From: Spirochaetia bacterium
GTDB taxonomy: Bacteria > Spirochaetota > Spirochaetia > UBA9216
Assembly (NCBI GenBank): GCA_963675665.1
Contig: OY776510.1
Coordinates: 1,600,001-1,664,000 of the forward strand
DNA: 64,000 nt
Direction of reading: 5' to 3'
The position numbers were made by a program, and so were the translations under genes. Below are positions 29,448 through 39,025 of this stretch, one piece after another (positions within the stretch are counted from its first letter, which is position 1; every line of letters starts with the position of its first letter). The notes beneath the pieces are model-generated. The model worked only from the letters and a program-made list of their open reading frames with translations, searched no databases and had not been told where the DNA came from.

Positions 29448-31349
29448 ATGGGCGATATCGGGATAATAGTGAACAACACAAGCATAAGAGACATGGCTCT
29501 GAATGTCGTAAAAAAGAGCCCCCTGTCAATATCGGTTGTTCTGGCCCGTTCCTTCGAAGACAGCGTCAACCAGGCTGTTGAAATGCAGAGCCGGGGCTTC
29601 AGGGTACTTATATCAAGGGGCGGGCACAGCGCCAGGATCCGTGAAGCCGGGCTGAATATCCCGATTATCGACATCCCTTTTATGGGAAATAATATAGCCG
29701 CGCTTCTGATTAAAGCCAAAAAAGTTTACGGGGAGTTCGCGGTTGTCGGAAATGAACTGCTGATAAACACGGCCCGGGAGCTCGGGGAAGCCATAGGATC
29801 AGGAATCCATTACTTCAGGGTAAAGGAATGGAAGGATTATGAGACCATGACCAACCAGGCCAGGCTCATGAATCTTGAAGCCATTGTAGGCGGGTACGAC
29901 GCAACAAGCTTCGCTGAAAAAATCGGGCTCAGAAGCTTCTGTATTGAGACGCGTGAGTTCGAAATAAATACGGCTGTGCAGGAAGCCGAGAAAATCCTGT
30001 CGATTCTGGACAAGGAACGCAGGTGGAACGAATTGTTCCGCACCATTCTTGATTCAATAAGGGAAGGTATTGTCTCAACCGCTTCGGACGGGACGGTAAC
30101 CCATCTGAACCAGACGGCAAGAAAACTTCTCGGCGTGGACGGCCGGCTGATGCTGGGCAAGCCGGTCGGAATCAGGTGGCTTCGCGATCAGATTGAAGAT
30201 ACCCTTAAACGGGGAGTAAAGAGCTACGATAACCTGTATGAATCCGATAACTCATACACCGGAAGCGTGCTGCCGATAAAAGTAGGCGAGCAGATCAGCG
30301 GGTCGGTTGTTGTCCTTCAGGAAATAGAGTATGTACAGCAGGTGGAACGGAGCATAAGAAGGAAGCTTTCCCAGAAAGGTTTTATAGCAAAAACAACCTT
30401 TGACCTTGTTCTGGGAAAAAGCTCGATCCTTCAGGCGAATATAAAAAAGGCGAAGCAGTACAGCCTTGTTGATTCGACAATTCTGATAAGGGGTGAAAGC
30501 GGAACCGGCAAGGAGATGTTCGCCCAGAGTATTCATAACTTCAGCCTGAGAAGGGAAGAAGCCTTTGTTGCAATCAACTGCGCTACAATTCCGCCGAATC
30601 TTCTGGAATCGGAGTTTTTCGGTTATGTCGACGGCGCCTTTACCGGTGCAAAAAAAGGCGGTAAGGCCGGACTGTTTGAGCTGGCCCATAACGGTACAAT
30701 TTTTCTCGATGAAATAGGCGAGATAGCCGTCGATATGCAGGCCAGGCTTCTCAGGGTCCTTGAAGAAAGGCAGATCCGCCGTGTAGGCGGCGACAAGGTT
30801 ATCCCTGTCAATATAAGGGTCATAGCGGCCACGAACAAGGACCTTGCCCGGATGGTCAAAGAGGGGAATTTCCGTGAAGACCTTTATTACCGGCTGAATG
30901 TCCTCTCGTTAAACCTGCCTCCGCTGAGGGAGAGAAGAGCCGACATCCCGATAATGCTGAATTACTTTGCGGATTTCTTCACCCATTCCCATAACAAGCA
31001 TCCTATCGTTTTTTCGGAAGAGGGTATGGAGTTGCTGGCGGGTTATGAATGGCCCGGAAACATAAGGGAACTGAAAAATATTGTAGAGAGGCTGGTGATC
31101 ACCGCCCAGGACGAATCCGTGGGGAAAATGGATGTTATGAGCGTTCTCGGAGATGTTTCCGGTATACTGCCTGTCAGGAGTATCGACAGCGGTACGGAAT
31201 CCCTGCTGGAATCAAACGAGAAAGAGCTTATTACTTTCATCCTGAAAGAAACCGGCGGAAATAAAACGGAAGCCGCTAAAAAGCTGGGTATAAGCCGGGC
31301 AACGCTGCACCGGAAACTGAAAGAGATGAACATCGATCGGAAATCATGA
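29448..31349 (+). CDS. Sigma54-dependent activator, PrpR-like (PrpR_N-PAS-AAA+-HTH)
   Basis: ISRGG N-terminal domain, PAS, GESGTGKE, GAFTGA, FLDEIGE, WPGNIREL, Fis-type HTH. Confidence 0.93.
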   Translation: MGDIGIIVNNTSIRDMALNVVKKSPLSISVVLARSFEDSVNQAVEMQSRGFRVLISRGGHSARIREAGLNIPIIDIPFMGNNIAALLIKAKKVYGEFAVVGNELLINTARELGEAIGSGIHYFRVKEWKDYETMTNQARLMNLEAIVGGYDATSFAEKIGLRSFCIETREFEINTAVQEAEKILSILDKERRWNELFRTILDSIREGIVSTASDGTVTHLNQTARKLLGVDGRLMLGKPVGIRWLRDQIEDTLKRGVKSYDNLYESDNSYTGSVLPIKVGEQISGSVVVLQEIEYVQQVERSIRRKLSQKGFIAKTTFDLVLGKSSILQANIKKAKQYSLVDSTILIRGESGTGKEMFAQSIHNFSLRREEAFVAINCATIPPNLLESEFFGYVDGAFTGAKKGGKAGLFELAHNGTIFLDEIGEIAVDMQARLLRVLEERQIRRVGGDKVIPVNIRVIAATNKDLARMVKEGNFREDLYYRLNVLSLNLPPLRERRADIPIMLNYFADFFTHSHNKHPIVFSEEGMELLAGYEWPGNIRELKNIVERLVITAQDESVGKMDVMSVLGDVSGILPVRSIDSGTESLLESNEKELITFILKETGGNKTEAAKKLGISRATLHRKLKEMNIDRKS

Positions 31350-32281
31350 CAGTCTTCTTTGATGCTGTTTCGAACGATGTGGTGTATGAGCTCCTGTTGA
31401 AGGGCTGTTCCGGTAAAATAACCGGGGTTTTCAGCTCCTCCGCGTACTGCCTGCTTGAAAACGGCAAGATACTTTTATTCCATGAAGACAGATACGGTAT
31501 AATTCCTTTCGGCATCGGGCTTGCGGACATGGGTTCTTTCCTGTCCTGGGCGGGGGTATTGCCAGGTGCCTCTTTCCGCTGCGGAAACCTGATTTTTGAT
31601 TTCCCCGGTTCCGGCCGGAAGACAGTTCTCAGGCTCAGCAGGCGGAACCCTGCAGCTTTTTCCGAAGAACCGCTGCAGCCCTCCGGCGAAATAAGGCAAA
31701 GAGTACTGAAAGCCGAAGCGGTGCTGAAATCGGTAAAGCCGGACTGCTTCGGTATAATAAACACGCTTCTGAAAACCGGTGAAGGTATAGCCACCGGCGG
31801 AGAGTCCGAAGTCTGCAGGCTGATGCGTACGGATGTGTTTGATTCACTCCTGCAGGGAATTGCCGCTGATGCATCAGGAGAAATTGAGGCTGCGCTCTGC
31901 AGGCTCGCAGGTCTCGGCTACGGGCTGACCCCGACAATGGATGATATTCTGACCGGTCTTGCATATATGTTCAGGTTTATGGAGCGTAAAACGGGAAGAC
32001 TTCCCTCCGGTGCCGGTTCTTTTCTTGAATTGCTGACTGCTGAAAAAATATACGGACGCACCTCGGTAATAAGCAGCGCCTATTTCCGCTCTGCCGCATC
32101 GGGAGGGATCTTTTCGCTGTTTGAAGATGCCGCCGCCGCAATGGCTTCAGCCCCGGAAACAGGAAGATCGAATGAGGCGGTAAAGTTCCTGCTGGCGGTA
32201 GGAAGCGAATCGGGAGCGAATATCCTGGCAGGGCTTCTTATGGGCCTGCTGTTTATCACTGGACTTCCTGTAATTTCATAG
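31346..32281 (+). CDS. DUF2877 protein (YahE/YlbF/AllH-like)
   Basis: LAGLGYGLTPTMDDILTG, RT..IS..Y, L..G..SG...L.G motifs; neighbours fdrA and DUF1116. Confidence 0.8.
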   Translation: MTVFFDAVSNDVVYELLLKGCSGKITGVFSSSAYCLLENGKILLFHEDRYGIIPFGIGLADMGSFLSWAGVLPGASFRCGNLIFDFPGSGRKTVLRLSRRNPAAFSEEPLQPSGEIRQRVLKAEAVLKSVKPDCFGIINTLLKTGEGIATGGESEVCRLMRTDVFDSLLQGIAADASGEIEAALCRLAGLGYGLTPTMDDILTGLAYMFRFMERKTGRLPSGAGSFLELLTAEKIYGRTSVISSAYFRSAASGGIFSLFEDAAAAMASAPETGRSNEAVKFLLAVGSESGANILAGLLMGLLFITGLPVIS

Positions 32282-32284
32282 TGT

Positions 32285-32331
32285 TGTATCATAATCTTAC
32301 ATATTGCGACACTTTGTAGCAAAATGAGACA
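32285..32331. promoter_or_regulatory. Tandem UAS sites C1/C2 for the sigma54 activator
   Basis: tgtatcataatcttaca (32285-32301) and tgtagcaaaatgagaca (32315-32331), both TGT-N11-ACA, 30 bp apart. Confidence 0.7.
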
Positions 32332-32458
32332 CAATAATAACATAATCGTTTACTAAAAGCCGTTCTCTCGGCGCCGGACAGCCCTTTTTTCGGGCAAAAC
32401 ACTCCGAAACCGGCTGATTTTTCGCTGAAATGACGAATATACCGCATTCTCCGGTAAT

Positions 32459-32474
32459 TGGCACAATTTCTGCA
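32459..32474 (+). promoter_or_regulatory. Sigma54 (-24/-12) promoter
   Basis: TGGCAC-aattt-CTGCA. Confidence 0.8.
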
Positions 32475-32500
32475 ATAAGTATAGCCGAGGAGGAAGCTTT

Positions 32501-33361
32501 ATGGTTAACAGCTCGCAAATTCAACAGCTCAAAGACTCCGCGAGAATTATGCGTGAGAACATACTGAGATTATCGACCAAGACTCTTATCCATATCGGAG
32601 GAGATCTCTCGATGGCTGATATGCTTACAGCTCTTTATCTTTACAAGATAAAAAAGGATACATCGAACCATAAATGGCCTGAAAGAGACAGGTTTGTTCT
32701 GAGTAAGGGCCATGGTGCGGGTTGCCTCTATGTGGCAATGGCAATGGCCGGGTACGGGGATCTTGACGAGATTTATGATACATACGGTCAGCTGCACAGC
32801 CGTTACGGGATGCATCCCTGCAAGAACCAGAATCCCGGAATGGAGGTTTCGTCGGGCTCGCTGGGGCACGGAACGGCTCTATGCTCCGGAATGGCAATGG
32901 CCGCCAAACGAAGGGGCGACAGTCACTATGTTTTTACATTGATGGGCGACGGGGAATGTTATGAAGGGTCTGTATGGGAAGGGGCAACGCTTGCTTCTCA
33001 TTACAAACTCGGAAATCTCGTGGCGCTGATCGACAGGAACAAGTGCAGTCTCAATGCCCACACCGAAGACGAAACCCAGGGCGTCAAGCTTGAACCCTTT
33101 GCGGACAAGTGGAAGGCCTTCGGGTGGAATGTTATGGAGATAGACGGTCATGACATGGAACAGATAATCGGGGCTCTTGATTCGCTTCCGGACCCCTATT
33201 CGGATATCCCGACCGTAATAATTGCTCATACAGTTAAAGGAAAAGGTGTTTCTTTTCTTGAAGACCAGGTTAACTGGCATCATGGAGTGCTCAACGAGGA
33301 GCAGCTTGCACAGGCTCTGGAGGAGCTTCGGGTTGAAGAACCGGTAAAGGGGGGGATGTAA
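32501..33361 (+). CDS. Split transketolase, N-terminal (TPP-binding) subunit
   Basis: HIGG.LS, RDRFVLSKGH, GSLGHG, GDGE..EG..WE, DGHD, T.KGKG. Confidence 0.92.
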   Translation: MVNSSQIQQLKDSARIMRENILRLSTKTLIHIGGDLSMADMLTALYLYKIKKDTSNHKWPERDRFVLSKGHGAGCLYVAMAMAGYGDLDEIYDTYGQLHSRYGMHPCKNQNPGMEVSSGSLGHGTALCSGMAMAAKRRGDSHYVFTLMGDGECYEGSVWEGATLASHYKLGNLVALIDRNKCSLNAHTEDETQGVKLEPFADKWKAFGWNVMEIDGHDMEQIIGALDSLPDPYSDIPTVIIAHTVKGKGVSFLEDQVNWHHGVLNEEQLAQALEELRVEEPVKGGM

Positions 33362-33365
33362 TTCC

Positions 33366-34313
33366 ATGGAAACTTATGCTTTCAAAGAAGAATTGAGATC
33401 AGCACGGCCTATGCTTGATGAAGCGATGCAGGAATACGTCGTTAAGAACAGGGAATTCTGCCTGGTTTCTCCGGATGTATCCAGGGCCGGCATGCCCGAG
33501 TTTATCCGGAAATTCCCGGAACATCATTTCAATGTCGGAATAGCTGAACAGGCGTCAATAGATTTTGCCGCCGGTATGGCTCTCGAAGGCCGGCTGCCTT
33601 TTGTGTACGGAATGTCGGTGTTTATGAGTATGCGCTCATGCGAGAATATCAGGACGAATGTATGCTACCAGCGCGCCAATGTGAAGATAATCGGAAACAA
33701 CACCGGGCTGGCGGGCGGCGGAGGTTCAACCCATTATGCAATGGAAGACCTGGGAATTGTCAGGAATTTCCCGGGGATAACCCTGATTGCGCCCGGAGAT
33801 CCGGACCAGGCGGTAAAGGCTTTTTATGCGTCCGTCGAGCACCAGGGCCCGGTTTACATACGTCTTGCAAACGGACGGAATGAGCCGGCGGTATACAGGG
33901 AAGATTACGAATTTAAAATCGGTCGAGGTATTACCGTCAAGGAAGGTTCCGATGCGGCAATAATCGCCTGCGGAATCATGGTTTCCTACGCGGTAGAAGC
34001 CGCCCGGCTGCTTGCCGAAGAAGGAATATCCGTAACGGTTGTAGATATGCATACACTCAAGCCGCTTGATAAGGAACTGGTTTACTCGGTGGCTGAAAAG
34101 ACCGGCAGGATTGTAACGCTCGAGGATCATTCAGTAATCGGCGGACTCGGAAGCGCGGTTGCCGAGGCTCTGGCTGAATCCGGAGTTTCCTGCAGGTTTA
34201 AACGTCTCGGTATTCCTAACACCTTTCCGGGTTTCGGCTCTTTTGAAGACCTTCAGGACGAGCATGGTTACGGCATCTCCGCTGTAATCAGTCAGATAAA
34301 GAAGATGCTGTAG
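33366..34313 (+). CDS. Split transketolase, C-terminal subunit
   Basis: NVGIAEQ, G.TH.A.ED, GPVYIRL, TLKPLD, EDH..IGGLG. Confidence 0.92.
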   Translation: METYAFKEELRSARPMLDEAMQEYVVKNREFCLVSPDVSRAGMPEFIRKFPEHHFNVGIAEQASIDFAAGMALEGRLPFVYGMSVFMSMRSCENIRTNVCYQRANVKIIGNNTGLAGGGGSTHYAMEDLGIVRNFPGITLIAPGDPDQAVKAFYASVEHQGPVYIRLANGRNEPAVYREDYEFKIGRGITVKEGSDAAIIACGIMVSYAVEAARLLAEEGISVTVVDMHTLKPLDKELVYSVAEKTGRIVTLEDHSVIGGLGSAVAEALAESGVSCRFKRLGIPNTFPGFGSFEDLQDEHGYGISAVISQIKKML

Positions 34314-34331
34314 AAAGGGGAGAAGCATATT

Positions 34332-35885
34332 TTGATACGGACTATTATTCAGCAAAACAGATATATGGACTCCATCTTTCTTATGAACGCCACCAGGGAC
34401 GTGATGAACATCGAAGGTGTGAAAAACGCGGTACTGGTAATGGGCACGGAGATGAACAAGACTGTACTGGATGAATTCGGCGGTCTGACCGAAGAAGCTG
34501 TCCGTGCGTCGGCCAATGACCTTGTCGTTGCCGTGGATATTTCCGGCGAAGATGTTTTAAGCAGGGCCAATGATGTTCTCAAAGGTCTGCAGGTAGAGTC
34601 CCGCGGTTCCGGCGGGGCTGCAGCGGAATATGCCACGCTGAATATGGCTTCCGAAGCCGTACCGGATGCAAGCCTGGCCGTAATATCGGTGCCGGGTGAA
34701 TTCGCGGGGCAGGAGGCAAAAGACGCCCTGATGAAGGGTATGAACGTATTCATCTTCAGCGACAATGTTCCGGTTGAAGAAGAGGTCGAACTTAAAAAGC
34801 TTGCGGAAGAAAAGGACCTGTGGGTCATGGGCCCCGGCTGCGGAACGGCAATTATCGATAATATTTCGCTCGGAGTGGTCAGCAAGGTCAGAAAAGGCGG
34901 AATCGGTATCGTCGGCGCCAGCGGCAGCGGCATTCATGAAATAGCAATCCTGATTCACCGTTACGGGCTCGGAATTTCGCAGGCAATAGGCACAGGCGGC
35001 AAGGATATCTCCGGGCAGGTCGGCGGCTCGACAATGATCAGGGGATTGAGGTTTCTTGAGAAGGACCCTGAAACTGAAGTGATTGTTCTTGTATCAAAAC
35101 CCCCGCATCCTGAAACTATTAAAAAGGTACTGGCTGAGGTCGCGTCCTGTCGCAAGCCTGTCGTGATTTTTTTCCTCGGGGGGGACCCTGAAGACATCAT
35201 AAAAGCCGGGGCTGTATGTGCCGCCTCTCTTGAAGATGCGGCGGAAACTGCCGCGGCCATAGCCGGCGGCGGCAGGGCGGGCAACCCGGCGTACCTTGAA
35301 AACTGCAGGGCGGAACTGAAAGGTCTTGCCGGGGCTGAGAAAGCGAAGCTCGGATCGGAACAGAAATACCTTCGGGCCGTCTTCTGCGGGGGCACGCACA
35401 GTGAAGAGTCAGTGCTTCTGCTTCAGGACATGGTGCCGGATCTTCATTCCAACCTTGTTTTCGGAAAGGCCGGGAAACTGCCGGACAGAAATAAAAGTGT
35501 AGGTAATACCCTTGTCGATATGGGCGACGAGGAGTTCACCAGGGGCAAACCGCATCCTGTAATGGACCCGGCTATTCTCAACGAAAGGCTGATGCAGGAA
35601 GGGGCAGATCCCGGTACCGGAGTCATTCTGTTCGACCTGCTTTACGGGCACGGTATTCACAGGGACCCTGTCGGGACTATTGAAGATACCCTCAGGAAAA
35701 TCAGGGAGAAGACGGAACAGGAAGGCCGGTATATCAGCATTATAGCTTCGCTCTGCGGGACGGACCTGGACATTCAGAATGTAGAAAACCAGCGCAAGAG
35801 GCTCGAAGAACTCGGTGTAATCATAATGCCGAGCAATGCAAAGGCTTCAATTTTAAGCGGTATGATCATTGCCGGAGGAGCTTGA
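34332..35885 (+). CDS. fdrA: FdrA family acyl-CoA synthetase-like protein
   Basis: Y.DS..LM, V.MGT..NK, ISVPG, FSDNV, MGP(G)CGT, GASGSG, IGTGG.D, SKPP, GGT, D.GD..FT.GKPHP.MDP. Confidence 0.88.
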   Translation: MIRTIIQQNRYMDSIFLMNATRDVMNIEGVKNAVLVMGTEMNKTVLDEFGGLTEEAVRASANDLVVAVDISGEDVLSRANDVLKGLQVESRGSGGAAAEYATLNMASEAVPDASLAVISVPGEFAGQEAKDALMKGMNVFIFSDNVPVEEEVELKKLAEEKDLWVMGPGCGTAIIDNISLGVVSKVRKGGIGIVGASGSGIHEIAILIHRYGLGISQAIGTGGKDISGQVGGSTMIRGLRFLEKDPETEVIVLVSKPPHPETIKKVLAEVASCRKPVVIFFLGGDPEDIIKAGAVCAASLEDAAETAAAIAGGGRAGNPAYLENCRAELKGLAGAEKAKLGSEQKYLRAVFCGGTHSEESVLLLQDMVPDLHSNLVFGKAGKLPDRNKSVGNTLVDMGDEEFTRGKPHPVMDPAILNERLMQEGADPGTGVILFDLLYGHGIHRDPVGTIEDTLRKIREKTEQEGRYISIIASLCGTDLDIQNVENQRKRLEELGVIIMPSNAKASILSGMIIAGGA

Positions 35886-35888
35886 GGG

Positions 35889-36047
35889 ATGAGTAATAAT
35901 TTTTTCAACAGGAACATGGTCGTGATAAATATCGGGTTGAAATCTTTCGGCGAAGGAATACGTGAGCAGAATGTCAAGGTTGCGCAGGTTTCATGGAGAC
36001 CTGGTGTAAGCAAAGAAATAAGAAAGCTGCTGGGAAAGGTGTTGTAG
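35889..36047 (+). CDS. Small FdrA-domain protein (52 aa), absent from the ORF track
   Basis: Hand translation: MSNNFFNRNMVVINIGLKSFGEGIREQNVKVAQVSWRPGVSKEIRKLLGKVL. The VINIGL..F...W.P motif matches the FdrA C-terminal/YahG N-terminal module, and the ORF fills the fdrA-DUF1116 gap. Confidence 0.8.
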   Translation: MSNNFFNRNMVVINIGLKSFGEGIREQNVKVAQVSWRPGVSKEIRKLLGKVL

Positions 36048-36051
36048 GAAT

Positions 36052-37308
36052 ATGGCTGATATCAGGGAAAAGATCAATAAAGCTAACGCGGAAGCGCTCG
36101 AAAGTCTTCTCAAAGCGGAACCCCACTGGACCGGGATTAGGAAGGTAATCGATGCAGTTCCCGGAATGAAGCCGAACTATATTCTTTATTCGGGACCTCC
36201 GATAGAATTCGGAGATATGCTTCCTGTTCAGCAGAAGGGCATAATAAGCGGCGCGCTTCATGCCGGTCTTGCCGAGGAGCCGGATGAAGCAAGGCGGATG
36301 ATCGAAAACGGCGAGATTGAACCGCATTCGGCAAACGACTTTTACTGCGTCGGGGCCGGAGCCGGGATAATAACACCTAATATGGTGGTAAATATCTGCA
36401 CGGACGAAACAACAGGGCTGGAAGGCTACTGTATTCCGTTCGAAGGAAGAAACGGACTGGGAGCCTGGGGAAATTTTGATCCTGAGATTGAGAAGAATCT
36501 TATAGAAATAGAGGATTATTTTGCTCCCGCTGTTGATAAGGCACTTTCCGAAGGCGGAAGCATCAATGTTAAAAGCATCATAGCCAAAGGCATGCAGATG
36601 GGAGACGAAAGCCACACCAGGCAGATTGCATGCAGCCTTATTCTTATCGGAGAAATTGTTCCGAGGCTCTGGAAAGCCGGCCTTGATACTGAAACCGTCA
36701 ACAGGGTAACGGAAATGTTTCTGGGTACGGAAAGATGGTTTCACCCGCTCGGAATGGCCGGTTCGATGGCCTCAATCAGAAGCATAAAAGGGCTGGATTA
36801 CTGCACAATCGTCACCGCTATTGCACAGAACGGGGTTCTTACCGGTATCAAGGTTGCCGGTACCGGCGAGAAGTGGTACCTGGCTCCTGCTCCGGGGATG
36901 GACGGCCAGTTCTTTTCTTCAAAATGGGGACCTGAAAAGGCTGTTCCGTATATGGGCGACAGTACCGTAACGGAAGTCATGGGTATGGGAGCTTTTGCTG
37001 CCGCGGCCGCTCCGAATGTTCTGAGACTCCGCGGCGGCGGGTACCGGGAAGCAATTGCCCAGACCGAGGAACTTAAGAAAATCTGCGTGGGTGTAAATCG
37101 TAACTATCCGATACCCCTGCTTGATTTCACAGGCCCCGGGATAGGTATCGATATCAGAAAGGTAATTGATACAGGTATAACGCCTATATGTCACGGGGGA
37201 ATAATTTCCGCAGACGGCGGTCAGATCGGCGCAGGGGCGGCAAGGTTTCCGATGGAAGCCTATACCGAAGCGCTTACCGGATTTATTGAATATTACGGAA
37301 TTGAATAG
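36052..37308 (+). CDS. DUF1116 protein (YlbE/YahG/AllG-like)
   Basis: I..AN..A, GPPI, QMGDE.H.R, NG...GI, MGDS...E..G.G, P.GIDIRKV..TG..P, GQIGAG. Confidence 0.85.
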   Translation: MADIREKINKANAEALESLLKAEPHWTGIRKVIDAVPGMKPNYILYSGPPIEFGDMLPVQQKGIISGALHAGLAEEPDEARRMIENGEIEPHSANDFYCVGAGAGIITPNMVVNICTDETTGLEGYCIPFEGRNGLGAWGNFDPEIEKNLIEIEDYFAPAVDKALSEGGSINVKSIIAKGMQMGDESHTRQIACSLILIGEIVPRLWKAGLDTETVNRVTEMFLGTERWFHPLGMAGSMASIRSIKGLDYCTIVTAIAQNGVLTGIKVAGTGEKWYLAPAPGMDGQFFSSKWGPEKAVPYMGDSTVTEVMGMGAFAAAAAPNVLRLRGGGYREAIAQTEELKKICVGVNRNYPIPLLDFTGPGIGIDIRKVIDTGITPICHGGIISADGGQIGAGAARFPMEAYTEALTGFIEYYGIE

Positions 37309-37327
37309 TTTTATCTATGGAGAGAAT

Positions 37328-38986
37328 ATGAGCGAGCAGAGCATTGTGTACAGTGACGTTCTCGTAATCGGCGGCGGGTTTGCCGGTCTGCGCGCGGCTG
37401 CGGCTGCGGTAAGAAAGGGGGCTGAAGTCGCATTAATCGAAAAGGGCCCGCGGGCCACCCCTGATATCATGGGTTTCAATGTCGCGGTTGAAAAAAACGA
37501 CAGCGTCGAGATTTATGAAGAGGATCTAAGGAAAAGCGCGTACAGAATCAGCAATGAAATACTGGAAACAATACTGGTGAACAATGCTTCCGGGGAAATG
37601 GAATTTCTAGAAAGCATCGGGTTCGTTTTCGACAGAAAGCCGGACGGTGATTACGATGTGCTGCATACACTTGGAAGCAAGCACCCGAGGCTGGTCCATT
37701 ACAAAGCCCTTACTGGGATAAATGCTTCAAAGTGTATGAAGAACGACTGTATCAAACGGGGCGTGGGTTTTCACCGGGGCATCTTTATTTTCAGCCTGCT
37801 CGAATCGGGCGGAAGAGTGACAGGGGCCGCAGGCATTAACCGGGAAAACGGTAAGGTTGTGTATTTTATCGCCAAGGCTGTTGTTCTTGCCACCGGGGGC
37901 TGCGGATCGGTTTATGAAAATACCACCTATCCCCGCGGAATAAACGGAGACGGTGTGGCCATGGTGTACCGGGCGGGCGGTGAAGTTATTGATATGGAGT
38001 TCCAGCAGTTTGAACCCTGCGCATTTATTCACCCTGAAGGGCTGAAGGGCAAGGTGATTCCTACTACCCTGCTCCGGAAGGGAGCTGAGCTGCGTAACGG
38101 TCTGAACGAGGACTTTATGCAGAATTACGGTCTTGAACGCAATTCCGTTCAGAAATACGGCCTGGCGCGGGCAATGGTTAATGAAGTCAGGGAAGGCCGG
38201 GGAACACCGCACGGCGGAATTTATTACGATGTTTCAATGATGCCCCGGAAAATGGTCGTCGAAGACCACGCTATTTTCTATGATCCTGCCGTGATCGTCG
38301 GCATCGATCTGACTAAGGTCCCGGCTGAAGTCATGCCTGCGGCCCATACATCACTGGGCGGCGTAAGGATTAATGACAGATGCGAAACAACTCTCAAGGG
38401 GCTTTTTGCCGCCGGAGAGGTTGCCGGGGGATTTTACGGGGCAAACAGGATCGGCGGGAGCGCCGGGATAGAAACCCTGGTTTTCGGGCATATCGCCGGA
38501 GAAAATGCGGCTGATTCTGCATCAGGGCGTTCTTATCCGGGTGAAAAAGAGGTCGCCGGCTGCACGGCAGAAACGGGATTATCGGGAATTAATACGGAAA
38601 CCGGTAACGGGAAAGCGGAAAACACTATAAGAGAAATCATTTCCGAATTGAGAAGAATCATGTCGCTGAAAGTCGGAATAGTAAGGAATGAAAGCGATCT
38701 GAAAAGTGCGGAAGCCGATGTGAATAAACTTTCAGACAGGCTCGCCGGTATTGAAACAACAGGTTTTAAAGACGCAATTCTCAGGAAGGAATGCAGCAAC
38801 ATGCTTGATATTTCAGAAATGATGATCGGTTCATCGCTTATCCGCAGAGAGAGCCGGGGCGTCTTTTTCCGTGAAGATTTTCCCTGTATAGACGACAGCC
38901 TGTGGCTGGGAAATATCAGCATCAGAAAATCGGGGAATAAGATGAAATTAGGGTTCACACCCAAAAAGATTGAGGCTGAGGTCTGA
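37328..38986 (+). CDS. FAD-binding protein of the SdhA/FrdA/NadB superfamily (divergent)
   Basis: DVLVIGGGFAGL, AKAVVLATGG, DMEF.QF.P, H...GG, GLFAAGE, GANR.GG, RRESRG..R.DFP. Start at MSEQ after SD ggag. Confidence 0.85.
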   Translation: MSEQSIVYSDVLVIGGGFAGLRAAAAAVRKGAEVALIEKGPRATPDIMGFNVAVEKNDSVEIYEEDLRKSAYRISNEILETILVNNASGEMEFLESIGFVFDRKPDGDYDVLHTLGSKHPRLVHYKALTGINASKCMKNDCIKRGVGFHRGIFIFSLLESGGRVTGAAGINRENGKVVYFIAKAVVLATGGCGSVYENTTYPRGINGDGVAMVYRAGGEVIDMEFQQFEPCAFIHPEGLKGKVIPTTLLRKGAELRNGLNEDFMQNYGLERNSVQKYGLARAMVNEVREGRGTPHGGIYYDVSMMPRKMVVEDHAIFYDPAVIVGIDLTKVPAEVMPAAHTSLGGVRINDRCETTLKGLFAAGEVAGGFYGANRIGGSAGIETLVFGHIAGENAADSASGRSYPGEKEVAGCTAETGLSGINTETGNGKAENTIREIISELRRIMSLKVGIVRNESDLKSAEADVNKLSDRLAGIETTGFKDAILRKECSNMLDISEMMIGSSLIRRESRGVFFREDFPCIDDSLWLGNISIRKSGNKMKLGFTPKKIEAEV

Positions 38987-39025
38987 ACCCGGAAGCGGTC
39001 GGGAGCAGTTGAGGAGGAATATTTT

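Noticed and set aside
16812-37308. Allantoin/purine degradation pathway (allA-like plus fdrA-ylbE-ylbF homologues)
   Set aside because: No allB/allC/allD or carbamate kinase; the AllA-like gene is in a separate sugar operon under a different regulator
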